Source: Lama guanicoe (taxonomy: Eukaryota). From it: a DNA stretch of 49,806 nucleotides. Position numbers and translations under genes: made by a program. Positions 37,560 through 49,806 of the stretch are shown here, in pieces; the stretch's first letter is position 1; every line of letters begins with the position of its first letter. The notes under the pieces were generated by a model. The model searched no databases, was not told where the DNA came from, and saw only the letters and a program-made list of their open reading frames with translations. The DNA lies in contig MU054307.1 in assembly GCA_013239625.1 (NCBI GenBank), positions 62,001 through 111,806 of the forward strand, written 5' to 3'.

Positions 37560-38930
37560 CAAAGATGTGGTGAGAGTGTGCACTCTTACAACCAGCCATG
37601 CTAGGACCTGGCCCCACCCACCAGTAGCCAACAGTCACTGCACAATGCAATGCCTGTCAACCAATGGAACCAGGGGCCATCCATATCTACCAGCATGTGC
37701 ACAGTAGTCAGCACACAACAAAAGAGGATCCATGCAGCCCACATAATGGAAATCACTAGAGCATATAGCTCTGGTGACCAGAAGCAAGTGTGCTGATAGG
37801 ACATTTCTTTCATAAAACTGCTCCTTCAAGATTAGGAGAAATAACCAAGCCTCCAAATACGTAGAAATAAAGCACAGAAAATTAGGCAAAATGAGGCAAC
37901 AGAAGAATATGTTCCAAATGAAAGGACACAATAAAAAGCCCTGAAGAAGAACTAAATGAAGTGGCGATAGGAAATCTACCCAATAAAGGATTCATTGTAA
38001 TGATCATAAAGATGCTCAAAGAACTCAGGAGAAGACTTGTTGAACAGAAAAAGAAGTTAGAAATTTTTTTCAGTTACATGATAGGAACAAGCAGAAATAA
38101 AGAATTCAATGATTGAAAAAAAAACCCATAAGAAATCAACAGAAGTTCATATGATACAGAGGAAGTGATCAGTGAGCTGGAAGACAGAGTCATGAATGGA
38201 AATCAACTGAACAACAACAAAAATAAAAGAATAAAATGAAATGAGGCCAATTTAAGAGACCTCTAAGGTGACATCAAGCACACTAACATTCGTAGTATAA
38301 GGTTCCTAGAAGACAAGAGAGAGAGGAAGATGCAGAAAACATATTTGAAGACCTGATAGTTGAAATCTTTCCTCACCTGGGAAGGAAAACAGACATCCAG
38401 GTCCAGGAAGCACAGAGAATCCCAAACAGGATCAACCCAAAGAGAACACCAAGAGATACTGTAATTTAAATGTCACACACACACACACACACACACACAA
38501 ATCCAAAGATGAGAGACTATTAAAGGCAGCAAAGGTAAAGCAACAAGTTACTTACAAGGGAACTCCCATAAGGCTATCAGCTGACTTTTCAGGAGAAACT
38601 CTTCAGGCCAGAAGGGAGTGCCATGATATATTTAAAATGATGAAAGATTACACTGTATAGCACAGGGAAATATACACAAAATGTTATGATATCTACTCAC
38701 AGAGAATGTGACAATGAGTGTGTATATGTCCATGAATGACTGAAAAATTGTTCTGAACACTGGAATTTGACACAACATTGTAAAATGATTAAAAATCAAT
38801 ACAAAATGTTAAAAAAAATAAAATGATGAAAGAGAAACCTTGCAATCCAGAATACACTACCTGACAAGGCTTTCATTCATATTTGAAGGAGAGATTAAAA
38901 GTTTACAGAAAAGGAAAAGCTTAAAGAGCC
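37560..38930 (+). mobile_element. L1 5'UTR and degraded ORF1 fragment
   Basis: ATGAGGCAACAGAAGAATATGTTCCAAATGAAAG (ORF1 start), GTCCAGGAAGCACAGAGAATCCCAAAC and CCCATAAGGCTATCAGCTGACTTTTC are L1 ORF1 motifs. Contains (CA)n at 38474-38498. Confidence 0.88.
38648..38818 (+). mobile_element. Younger short L1 3' end nested in the older L1 ORF1
   Basis: L1 tail with poly(A) and a perfect 15-bp TSD TAAAATGATGAAAGA at 38633-38647 and 38819-38833. Confidence 0.9.
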
Positions 38931-38989
38931 TCTAACTGTGGGGTTATGTGTGTCAAAATGTTATCTCAAATTTAATGCAAAAACTAATT

Positions 38990-39510
38990 ATTTGCTCATC
39001 TTGTTATTTCAAAAATTATTGACCACCTACTTTGTGTTGGGCCCCATGTTGTGAGCTGGAGAAAACAGTGATTAGTAAAAAAAAAAATCAAGATAAAAGC
39101 ACTGCCTGCATTGACCTTATAATACAGTTATCCAGTATAACAAGGAACAACTGAATAAGTTATTAGTAATTTGTGACCCATGCTAATAAAACAAAACACA
39201 AGGTACTATGACAGAAAATAAGGGGGGAGAGTCTACTGTGAATAAGGTGGTTAGAAAAGGTCTTTATGAAAGGTAGTATTTTAGCTGAGTTCCTACAGAG
39301 AAATGCAACTACCATATGAAGTACCATTCCATGTGTTAAGCCACAGTGCTGAAAAGAGCTTGGAGAGTTTAAGACAGTGAAATGTGATTTCACCTGAAGG
39401 GAATAGGAAAGGGAGAGGATAGGACAAGCTGAGGGCAAAGAGTTGGGCAAGACATGAACCCTGTAGAGCAGAACAGATCTTAGTTAAGGAATTTGGATTT
39501 CACTTAATAT
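38990..39510 (-). mobile_element. L2 LINE 3' fragment
   Basis: ATTATTGACCACCTACTTTGTGTTGGGC ... GTTAAGGAATTTGGATTT is typical of antisense L2. Confidence 0.7.
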
Positions 39511-39728
39511 TCCCTTAAAATTAGAGAAAGTAAAGTAAGACAAGCAAATTTTTAAATGAAGGAAAACATCCATCTCATAAATATCTCAAAATTAAGATAC
39601 AAGAGCTCCTTGAGATGGGATACCAAGTCATACACTACACCATGCTAGTGCCAGAAGGTGAAGGACTCTTGTATCCATTTGTTTTCCTGTGTCAGCACTA
39701 ACCACATTTACTACCCAGCAAATATTCC

Positions 39729-39733
39729 TAAAC

Positions 39734-39762
<29 letters not shown>
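39729..39762 (+). repeat. (AAAAC)n microsatellite
   Basis: aaaacaaaacaaaacaaaacaaaacaaaacaaaa. Confidence 0.9.
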
Positions 39763-39764
<2 letters not shown>

Positions 39765-41041
39765 ATGTGAATAACTGCCTGTAGTATCCATTAATTTCCT
39801 CTCTCCAGATTCCTTGTGGTCTGTTATTTCTGCTTTTCTTCCTGCATGTAAGATAGAGACATGGATATTCTGAACTTTTCTAGGAATGCAGAACTGTGAG
39901 ATAAATTTTATGAGACTAATCCCATCTGTAGTAAACATCAGCAGTGTATGACTGCTCAAACATCTCTTAAATGCAACCTGCATAAGCTGTTAGTTTCCAA
40001 AGTATGAATCTACTTTCCATACTTAAAATCCAAAGACTTATATTTTCCTAACTCCCTGAAAATTGGATGAAAACATGTGATTTGGGTTCTGACAACTGGT
40101 TGCATTTGTGCAGGTCTTTGAGTGGATATCAGTTATAGGAGGCTAAGTAGTTCTGAGCCTCAGATTAGTTCTGAGGTCAAGAAAGTGAAGTGCCTTTGAA
40201 GTTTAGCCAATGACAATAAGATTGGCATCAGGAGGACCACATCTCCTTGAGCAACCCTGTCCTGTGTGGGTGTGATTCTGCAAATTGTAATTGTATCTCA
40301 GCTTAGAATCTGCAGCCCAAACCATTCAACAATTCTTTAAGCTTTTTAATTGCATATAATAAATATTTTCTTCTTAAACTAGATAAACATGATTCAGTGT
40401 CTTCAGATGAGAACCTCCACATATACCAAATGGACCTCAAATTCTCCATTTCTATTTATCACCTTTAATGGAATATCTTCAATTTCAGAAGTATTCCAGT
40501 TAATAAGTGTCCCTTTTTTTTTTTCAAAAGCAATTACTCCTAAGGAGGTAGAATAGAGATAATGGTCATTCAGTTAGTAAATATTTATTAAGCATTTATT
40601 CTGGGCCAAGCTTTCTTCCAGTTTTGGGATACATGATACTGAACAAAACACACACTTTGTATCAGTTGTGAACAAATGACTTCTTATATTTTGAGTTCCT
40701 ATATTCCTATACACTTACTGCTTGCATGCTATACTGTACTCATGTTCATAGCAAAATAATGTTTCTGACCCCTCAGACAGGTGTTGTCAGGAAACTCACA
40801 CTGACAGCTGTATCCCCTCAAGTTTATGGATGAAAAGAACCAACATAGAGTAGGGAACAAGAAAAAGAGATTCAAATATGGCCAGGAGGATAGAGGACCA
40901 TTCCACCATCATGAATGCTTACAAGATCAGCCAGCTTCCATCATGATCCTCTCTGCAGGCACAGAGAAATCATACATAATCCTTCCTAAAGCTAGCAATT
41001 GTTACTTAATATATTTATTTATATATATGCTTATAAAACTA

Positions 41042-41074
<33 letters not shown>

Positions 41075-41464
41075 AGCTTAACACTTTGTGACAAGTAAGT
41101 AGTTCTATTACAATTTAAGATTCTAATAATAAAATGCTCACAATAACTAACATTTATGAGCATATAATTGTCTAAGAGCTTATACAGATTGTTTCATTTG
41201 ATCTTGAGAATATCTCCACTATTCCACATTTAACAAAACTTGAGGAAGTTGTATTTTGCCAAAGTTTACATAATAAGTGGCAAAGCTAATTTTGACTCAG
41301 AAGAATCTTCCTCAAAAAGACTATGATCTTTAGCATTATATCATACTTAAACTGGTCACCAATCCTCAGAAATGTATATGAAATTTGTAATAATGGAAAA
41401 TCCACACCAATAAAGCAAAACTCAAAGTGAATGACTAGTAAATATTATAATAAAAATGAGTTTT

Positions 41465-41972
41465 TACTATCAAATCCAAGTTTGTACTTCTTACCACACA
41501 GGCCAATAAATTGAGATGCAAGTTTTTAGGGCAAGGAATAGTGACTTTATTTGGGGAGCCAGAAGACCAAAGATAAGGTAGACTAGTATCCCAAAGAACC
41601 ATCTTGCCTGGACTTGGGTGCTAGTTTCTTTATAGAACAAAAGGGGGAAGTGAGGCAGTAAAGTTTAAAAGGTGATACGGTGTTGCAAATATTTCCTGGT
41701 TCTGGCCAGACTCCAGAGGGCATGCGTTAATTTCTTATTTCCTGCAGTCATTCACAAGTGGGCCTGGTCAGGTTGTTTCCTTGAGCCAAAAATATTTAAA
41801 GTTAATGCTCAGGCACTGGCGGCAGGGCTTTCAGAGATGGGCCAATCTTTTTGTATATTTTAAGCTATAGGCAACCCCCCTTTAGTGATTAACTTGTAGC
41901 AAAAGCAATAGAACACAAAGGTCAAAGTAAAAGAAGCAGACCCACTATGAAGTCAGTTGTTCTTCCCTATCA
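41465..41972 (-). mobile_element. ERV1-class solo LTR
   Basis: Runs AATCCAAG...CAGGCCAATAAATT...GGGCAAGGAATAGTGACTTTATT (antisense AATAAA) and ends CCCTATCA. It resembles cetartiodactyl ERV1 LTRs. Confidence 0.8.
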
Positions 41973-42778
41973 CGGGTACATCCAGTTTAGTGTATCTGTA
42001 TAACAAAGTGAAAGTATGAGGAAATTGAGAATTAATTACTTCAGTATAGACTGGTCTGTAAAGATCTTCAGAAGGCTAAGCAGTGCAATGCAAAATTTAA
42101 ACAGATCCATAAGCACATGGATGTATGAAAATATGCTTGTGCAAAGGTTAAGAGTTGAATGTCAGGAACAGAGTGATTGCATCTGGAAGAATAAGAGACA
42201 ATGGTTTGGGATATGGGGGAGGTTTTATTCTACACTCTTTCATTTTCTATAGAGTCTATTTTTAATATTTATTATTACCTATCATACAAATTTTATTTTA
42301 AAATTAAAATACTACATTAAGATTTCACAAGTAAGGCAAATGAAGTAAAGACAATAGTCAATATAGCATTAAATCTTTTAACCAATACAATAAACAGAAT
42401 GATGATTAAACACAAGAATCTGACAAAAATAAAACTAAGAATGAGAAAGCAATAAAAGTAAATACAGAAATTCACTAAAATTAGTGTAACTATAAAAATC
42501 TCACTGATTAATTCATTACATATTATTTATTTATTGACTGGCTACTTAAAGCTTTCCACCCCTTTCCACCTCACTAAGTGCAGACCAACCAGGTATTATA
42601 GGATGTGTATTCAAACACAGAAACTGTCATTGTTTCTGAACATATAATTCAACGTTTAATTTAATTATTATAAATCCTTGATAGAAAAAGAACATTTGCA
42701 TTAGATTTATGAAGACTTTTACATTCCAAAGAGGTTGACCCTAAAGCTAAATTCATTTCTTTGTGATGGATAATACCC

Positions 42779-43669
42779 TCATTCAATACTTGATCTGCCT
42801 TTTTTTCCCCAGAGCTTCTTCATAGCATTAGTCATCTCAGAATTTCATAGACTATAGATTAAAGGGTTCAGCATAGTGGTGATGACTGTAAAAACATGCT
42901 TAATGATTTATCAATGGGGAAAGTCTTAGCAGGTCTCAAATATATGAAAATACAGGGAACGAAAAAGCAGAAAACCACAGTGATGTGGGAATGACAAGTC
43001 TGGAGGGCTTTCTGCCCCCCTTCCTGACTAATTTTCTTTAGAGAGTGCAAGATGACTCCATATGAGATGAGTAAGAACAGAAACACAATAGTACACATCA
43101 GTCCTCCACTGGCCACTACTATGATGCCAATGACATAGTTGTCAGTACAGATGAGTATACATCACAGATAAAGTAGTCAATGGCATTGGGGCCACAGAAT
43201 GGGAGCCAATAAATAGTAACAAGTTGAATGACTGAGTGCAGAAAACCTCCAACCCAGGACACCACCAGCAGCACAAAGCACACCCTTTTTCTCATGATAA
43301 CTAAATAATGCAAGGGCTTACAGATGGCCAGCAGAAGGAAGACCTCTGATCCTCCAAAAATATGCTCTGTAAACAGCTGAGTCATGCAAGATTCAAGGGG
43401 TATTGGGTTCCCCCCCAAAATAAGTCTGAAATCAATCTGGGGGAAATAGAAGAGGAATAATTTAGATCCATAAAAGATAAGCTAACAAGAAAAAAGTACA
43501 GTGGTGAACTGAGGGTCTTACTGACAGTAATTGCCACCAGAACAAGCAGGTTGCCCTTCATGGTCAAAATGTAGAAGAACAAGAACGTGACAGAAATGAC
43601 TTTCTGCTCCTTTGGAATCTGTATGAGGCCCAAGGGGACAAAGTAAGTTATATTGTTCCTTGGTTCCAT
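42779..43669 (-). pseudogene. Olfactory receptor OR4A47-like pseudogene
   Basis: Reads [47 protein letters not shown] and TFPIDKS. Lesions: frameshift in a T4G7 run (about 43410-43420), 24-nt loss of VMAYDRYV, deletion of PLLK near 43155, frameshift near 42890, and TGA in IYSL*N. Confidence 0.94.
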
Positions 43670-43819
43670 CTAGTCTTTACAGGAGCTGACCTCACATATT
43701 AAAAGCATTTTACCTATAAAACAGGCAGAAAACTTTTAAATGCATTGTAAGTTTCATCTTTTATTTATCCATTTAATTAAAACCATGTGTGTGATGTATC
43801 TATTTGTGCCCAGTGTATT

Positions 43820-44200
43820 ATAGTGCAGAGGTCTACAGATAATCACATAGGGTCATAGGTGATGACACCAGGGAGGGCAATCCCTGAAGCTCCCAACGAA
43901 AGTTGAGTAAAGGGCTGTGTCATACAGCCACTGAGGACGAGAGAGTGTTTGAATCAGAGAGCCAATTAGCTAACATTTTAGGGATTATGGAAGATGAATA
44001 GCATGCATCTACCAAAGACATGTCAGCTTAGGAAGAAATACATGGGATAGTCCAAAGTTGGGTGTAGATGGTAGTAACCACAATGAGCAGGTTGCCCATG
44101 ACAGTGACAATGTAGGAGATAAGTAACATGAAAAAAAAAGGATTTTCTGCATCTGATGATTCTGCTTAAACCCTATTAGAATGAATTTAGTCATATTCAT
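43820..44200 (-). pseudogene. 5' half of an OR4C-like gene (paralogue of 27798-28759), truncated after PLHY
   Basis: Reads MNMTKFILIGFKQNHQMQK, MGNLLIVVT, SSSIIPKMLA and ICRPLHY. Homology to the paralogue stops at about 43820. Confidence 0.9.
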
Positions 44201-45600
44201 CCTGCCTACTTTTACATCAGTGCTGATGTTGAATTCACAATTGGGGCATTAACCTGTAAAGACAATATTTTCAGTAGCAAGGTGACTTAATATATTGGGT
44301 TTTCAGATAATCCAAGACATTTTGATAATGTAAGTTTTTTTCCTGTAGTGTGTAAGTGGATAAGCAACATGATAAAAAAGAGTGAACAACTGATGCTGTT
44401 TAGTTCAGCTTCTTATAAAGATACTCAAGTCTTTCAGCAGCTTGTCCCTGGGCCTTTATTGGAGGACATCTGGGCACAGGGAGCTCACAACACAGTAAAT
44501 CTTACTACTTCTCAGCCAATAAGAGATGCTAAAATCTCTTCCTTAACTATTAAAATATTTGTACAACTGTTGATTCTGGTTCTGCACACTGTTGATACAC
44601 AGAGTGAGTCTAATTCACCCCATTTAAAAGCCACTTAAATAAGTCTAAGAGGTATAGGCCTGTATCCCCCAGCGTAGGTCTGACTCACATTCCTGTTCAA
44701 TAAAATTAAGTGAATAAACCCATTGGAAGACTTTCAATTCCCTCTGTGTTTTCTATTGTTCAAGCTAACTCCAAACCATAGCATTTACTCTCTTACTTCC
44801 AACAACAACAACAACAACCAAAACCCCCAAAAACTGAATGAACAGTTGGAATGTTAATTATTTTTATGTCACCCACTGAGATCTCTCACTCTCTCTGGCA
44901 TGAGCAGCTCTCTTTCCTGATCTACTTTAACCAGTCCCCTTTCCCTCTGGCCAAGGGATAGTATGAGCTGAACATTCCAGGGCAGGTGAGAAGAAAAGAG
45001 AAATATCATAGTCTTTATTGTCCTGGTCTCCTGTAGTGGTTTGTCAGTGGCTGGGTATATTTCACCGATGATGGTCTCCTTTGGATGGACCTTCTGGGTT
45101 CCTGTGATCTTTCTCTGAGGCCCTATTATGTTCATGTCTTCCTTCTGTTATTAACCCTGTGGTCTTTATCATCCCTTCTTAGTTTCCCTCAACTCAATCC
45201 ATACCTTGACAAGTAAACATATTCAACTCATTTTAAGCTCCCATTTTGAGTATGCTGTTTCTTGTTAAAACTCCAATGAATGTAGAAATTTTGTGGTTTT
45301 TCCTTTGTAAAACTGTAACTGTGAATATAGTTTTCTCTTTATGAACGTTTACTTTGTTCATGAGGCATCTGCACTTCTTTTGAAGTAAAGCTGCTAAATA
45401 AATGAAATTTTGCTTGGAGAAAATATTCTTAAAGGCAGAAATGCAACACAATCACAGAAAAATCTGTGTGTTATCTATAACATTTCTTTGGAGTAATGAT
45501 TCCATGGGATTTATACATTTTACTAACCTTAAGCTGCTTTACAACTCTTCAAATTGTAGAAAACTGAAAATAAATGCAAGTAACTCTTGTCCATAGAAAT
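43820..45600 (+). repeat. Old segmental duplication, copy B
   Basis: Collinear with 28348-30157. Both copies end at CATAGAAAT. Confidence 0.9.
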
Positions 45601-45930
45601 AGAGTGAGAAAGAGAGACAGACAGACCCTGCAGAGAGAATTCTGGATTCCTTTCAGCTATTCTTCAGAGTACTGATTAGTGCATGAATTTCAGGAAACTA
45701 CCTGAGGCTGGGAAAAGATTTAACCAGATGGACTACTGAGAAGAATGTTTGGTCCTCACACTGGACCTAGAATAATGCATATCTCACCAGCTGGAAAAGC
45801 TCCTGGTTCACAAAGCCAGGGCACTGAGTTGAATACTTATGGAGATTTAGCATCAGTAGTGGCACATAATGTCCCAAGACTGAGCACTCCTCAAGACCCC
45901 CTCAAAAATCACATCAACAAGAATAAATAA
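45601..45930 (+). mobile_element. Ancient L1 (L1M-type) 5' region fragment
   Basis: GGAAACTACCTGAGGCTGGGAAAAGA and CAGTAGTGG...AGACTGAGCACT resemble L1MC/MD 5' ends. Confidence 0.6.
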
Positions 45931-45959
45931 AAAATTCAATAGAATCAAATTAAGTACTA

Positions 45960-46990
45960 AATACTGTGTTCAGAGTTTTGTGACTTTGTTAATGTGAAGC
46001 ATTAATCTAATTATTTTCTTTGCCATACTTTGTTTCATTCTAGTATAAGGGTTTTGCTGGATGCATAAAATGCATTAGAAATTGTCTTAATTTCTCCCTA
46101 CTGTGAAACCATTTATGTAGGTTTGTACTAATTCTTTATAACTTGGTCTATAGAATTCATTGATTCAAAGTATGTGGGCATGAAATTTTGTTTGGGAATG
46201 GTGGGATTTAGGTATTAAGCTATTCCAGCTTTTAATTATTTTTCCTTGTGTGTTTAGAAACTTGCATTTTTATAGCAGTGGTCCATTTTCTCTTAGTTGG
46301 TGAGGACACTGTCATAAATTTGCTCATATCATTTTATTGTCTTTTTAAGCTCTGCCATATCTGCAGTGATGAACCACTCTTCATTGCTGATTCTGATAAT
46401 TGGTTCTTTTTTCTTATTTTTTCTTAATCTCTTTTCTAGGATCTTATCAATTATATTAAACTTTCAAAGAACCAAGTTTTGGTTTTAAATATTTTCTCTA
46501 TTTTCAATTAATTTCTAATTATGATTTCTGTCTTCTATTTGCTATTTTCTTTCTACAGTGTTCTTTGTGTTTATATTTATTATCTCTTTCTATCTTCTTG
46601 AGACAGAAGCTCAATTCATTCCTTGTACCATTTCTTGATTGCCAATATTGCATTTAAGGTATAAATTTCTCTCTAAGCACTCTTTTAGCTGCATCCAGTT
46701 GATTTATATATAATAATATATATTAAATATAGCCTTTTATACATATACATACACTTCATAAATACATTTCATCTATCTTTTATAGACATTTGCATTATTA
46801 TCCCTGTGGTGAAAATATACCTTTCAAAATGTTCAGTTACTTTAGATTTATATTGCTAAATTCACAATTGGAAGATGATATATTTTAGTTATCAGTTTCT
46901 AGTTGAATTACTTTGTTATAAAATACATATGTAAAAAATACATATACATATACATAAATATGTACTCTATGATTTAAGTCCTTTGAAATG
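45960..46990 (-). mobile_element. Ancient L1 ORF2 fragments
   Basis: T-rich antisense L1 motifs TTTCAAAGAACCAAGTTTTGG and ATAAATTTCTCTCTAAGCACT. Confidence 0.7.
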
Positions 46991-47289
46991 TATTGCATTG
47001 TGTCATGGCCTAGTGAACAGTCTGCTTTGGTGAGTGCCCCATGAGCACTTGGAGATTAATAGAATAGGCCCACAAATATTTCTCTTCCCTACTTCTACAC
47101 TAACACAGACTCTATCAAATTGCTTCTCTGAAAATATATGACCAAGTATGTGATAAAATTTTTCTGCATTTGAAACAAGTTTTAAATGACTTGTTCTGAA
47201 ATTAGCATTCATAATATTTTGGAAATAGGTTCAGATATCATCTTCAAAGACAAAGCTTATACATATTTTCCTATTTTGAAGGTCATGAT

Positions 47290-48277
47290 TTTTTAAAACA
47301 TTTTTTTCATTGAGTTACAGTCAGTTTACAATGTTGTGTCAACTTCCAGTGTAGAGCACAATTTTTCAGTTACACATGAACATACATATATTCATTGTTG
47401 CATTCTTTTTCGCTGTGAGCTACCATTGACCTTGTATATATTTCCCTGTGCTATACAGTATAATCTTGTTTATCTATTCTACATATGCCTGTCAGTATCT
47501 ACAAATATCATACTCCCAGTTTGTCCCTCCCCCCAAGCCCCTGGCAACCACAAGTTTGTATTCTATGTCTATGAGTCTATTTCTGTTTTGTATTGATGTT
47601 CTTTTCTTCTTTATTTTAGATTCCACATATAAGTGATCTCATATGGTATTTTTCTTTCTCTTTCTGGCTTACTTCACTTACAATGACATTCTCCAGGAGC
47701 ACCCATGTTGCTGCAAATGGCGTTATGTTGCCATTTTTATGGCTGACTAGTATTCCACTGTATAAATATACTACATCTTCTTGTTCCAGTCATCTGTTGA
47801 TGGATATTTAGGCTCTCTCCATGTCTTGGCTATTATAAATAGTGCTGCTATGAACATTGGGGTACAGGTGTCATCCTGAAGTATGGTTCCTTCTGGATAA
47901 TGTCCAGGAGTGGGATTCCTGGGTCATATGGTAAGTCTATTCCTAGTCTTTTGAGGAATCTCCATCCTGTTTTCCACCGTGGCTGCACCAAACTGCATTC
48001 CACCAGCAGTGTAGGAGCATTCCCTTTTCTCCACAGCCTCTCTAGCATTTGTCATCTGTGGACTTTTGAATGATGGCCATTCTGACTGGTGTGAGGTGAT
48101 AACTCATTGTAGTTTTGATTTGCATTTCTCTGATAATTAGTGATACTGAGCATTTTTTCATGTGCCTATTGATCATTTGTATTTCTTCCTTGGAGAATTG
48201 CTTGTTTAGGTCTTCTGCCCATTTTTGGATTGGGTTGATAGTTTTTTTCTTATTAAATCATATGAGCTGCTTATATG
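47290..48277 (-). mobile_element. 5'-truncated, relatively young L1
   Basis: Antisense ORF2 C-terminus (WRFLKRLGIDLPYDPGIPLL) plus 3'UTR and a T-rich tail. Confidence 0.93.
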
Positions 48278-48612
48278 GATAATCCCCACTTGATTATGAT
48301 ATATTATCTTTTTTGACATGTTATTAGATTTGAATTGCTAAAATTTGGTTATAAATTTCTGTATCTGTTTATTTAACTTGATCTCTGTATTCTATGTATT
48401 TAACTTGATTATTGATATGGTTGGGTTTAATTAACTCTACTGTTTTGTTTTCTCTTTATCTATTCTTTGTTCCCTTTTCCTCCTTTTTGGGATTATTTTT
48501 TATATCCCATTTTTTTTCTATTTTGGTGACTTATTAAGTGATAACTTTTTTTAGTGTCTGCTTTAAAGTTTAGAGTATTCATCTTTACCCTGTCACAGTC
48601 TACTTTTAAGTA

Positions 48613-48764
48613 TACTCAGCCCTCTGTATATACGTATGTGAAACCCGTGGATACTGAGAGCCAACTGTATTATATCATTTTATTTAAGGGACTTGCACAT
48701 CTGCAGATTTTGGCATCTGAGGGGGTCATGGAACCCATCCCCCACAGATAACAAGGAATGACTA
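48613..48764. mobile_element. MER2-like Tigger-derived MITE
   Basis: GCAGATTTTGGCATCTGAGGGGGTCATGGAACCCATCCCCCACAGATA, with degenerate terminal inverted repeats and TA on both sides. Confidence 0.75.
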
Positions 48765-48880
48765 TAATATTAAACCACTTCACTTATAGTATAAAAACTT
48801 TACAACAAAATACTTCCATTTCCCCCTCTCGGTCTTTATGCTATTACTGTCATATGTGCTTTAAATAGTCAATTACATTT

Positions 48881-49002
48881 TCTTGGGGGGGTGATATTAA
48901 GTTTATTTTTATCTATTTATTTATGTAATGGTACTAGGGATCGAACCCAGGAACTTGTGCATGCTAAGCACAAACCCTGCCACTGAGCTGTACCTTCCCC
49001 CA
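48881..49002 (-). mobile_element. tRNA-Ala-derived SINE (Vic-1-like)
   Basis: GGGATCGAACCCAGG...ATGCTAAGCA...CCACTGAGCTGTAC. TSD AGTCAATTAC at 48867-48876 and 49003-49012. Confidence 0.88.
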
Positions 49003-49806
49003 AGTCAATTACTTTTTAAAGAGATTTCTATCATGTGTCATTTATGGTTCTGTTTCTATTGGTTGATTCTTCTCTTCATTGTGGGTGTTATTTTTCTGCT
49101 TGTCTGTATGTATATTAAGTTTTAGCTGGATACTGGACATCGTGAATGTCACCTTGTTGAATGCTGGATATTTCTGTATTCCTATAATGTTCTTGAACTT
49201 TATTTGGTATGCAGGTAAGCTTTTTCAAAATGATTTGATCTTTTCAAGGCTTGTTCTTAAGCTTTGTTAGAAGAGCATGTAACAGCTTTTAGCATAGGGC
49301 TAATTATGCCTGCTACCTTTTGGCAATATCCTTCTGAGTACTCTACCCTCAATTTACCATGTATTAAATGCTCTTTTAAACTTACTGGAGGCAGAAATAG
49401 CAGATAACAGTGCTAAGTATAAGTCCATCCTCTTTGGCTGAGTGTTGCTCACTAGAGCCAGTTTATTATCAGCATAACAGGCTGCCATTAGCCCGGCCCA
49501 AACAGCAGGATCACCTAAACACAGGAAATATAGTTTGAAGGCTTGTTAATATCAATACCTTGCTATAAAACTACCAAAAATGAAAGTAAGACTTTATAAA
49601 TATCAAATTAATTAATTAATTAAATTAAAGAGTCCCTCCAGAAAAATTTCATTTTCTAAAGAAAAACTAATTCATACTTTTTCCAGAAGCCACATTACTA
49701 TATTCACCCTTCAAGATTTGTCATTTTTTTCCAAACACATCAGAAAATGAGAAATACCCTATTAAGCTCTTCTTCCATCACTGGTTACCTCACTTGCCTT
49801 GACTAG

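Larger units (their letters stand above)
48280..49380 (-). mobile_element. Ancient L1 fragments hosting the MER2 and SINE insertions
   Basis: T-rich antisense L1M-like sequence such as TGGATACTGGACATCGTGAAT and TTCTGAGTACTCTACCC. Confidence 0.6.

Overview
This is AT-rich mammalian genomic DNA from an olfactory receptor (OR) family 4 cluster. It is probably camelid, inferred from three tRNA-Ala-derived Vic-1-type SINEs and the L1 3' ends. It holds six OR-derived sequences and none is intact: an OR4C6-like pseudogene present twice inside a 2,407-bp near-perfect inverted duplication (3815-6221 and 9629-12035), an OR4C1/Olfr140-like gene with only two frameshifts, a degraded OR4C-like pseudogene, an OR4A47-like pseudogene, and a 5' half-gene joined by deletion just upstream of the OR4A47-like exon. 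The most unusual element is a ~1.6-kb GC/CpG-rich insert (16044-17670) with a poly(A) signal, a short A-tail and a 16-bp target-site duplication. It looks like a retrocopy of a transcript I cannot identify, and it has no recognisable ORF. A 2,182-bp tandem duplication around a 31-N gap is probably a haplotype assembly artefact. The rest is L1, L2, MIR, LTR and MER2 repeats plus candidate OR promoter motifs. Repeat family and OR subfamily names come from recalled sequences, not database searches, and boundaries of old repeats are approximate. I found no evidence for a new multi-gene system.
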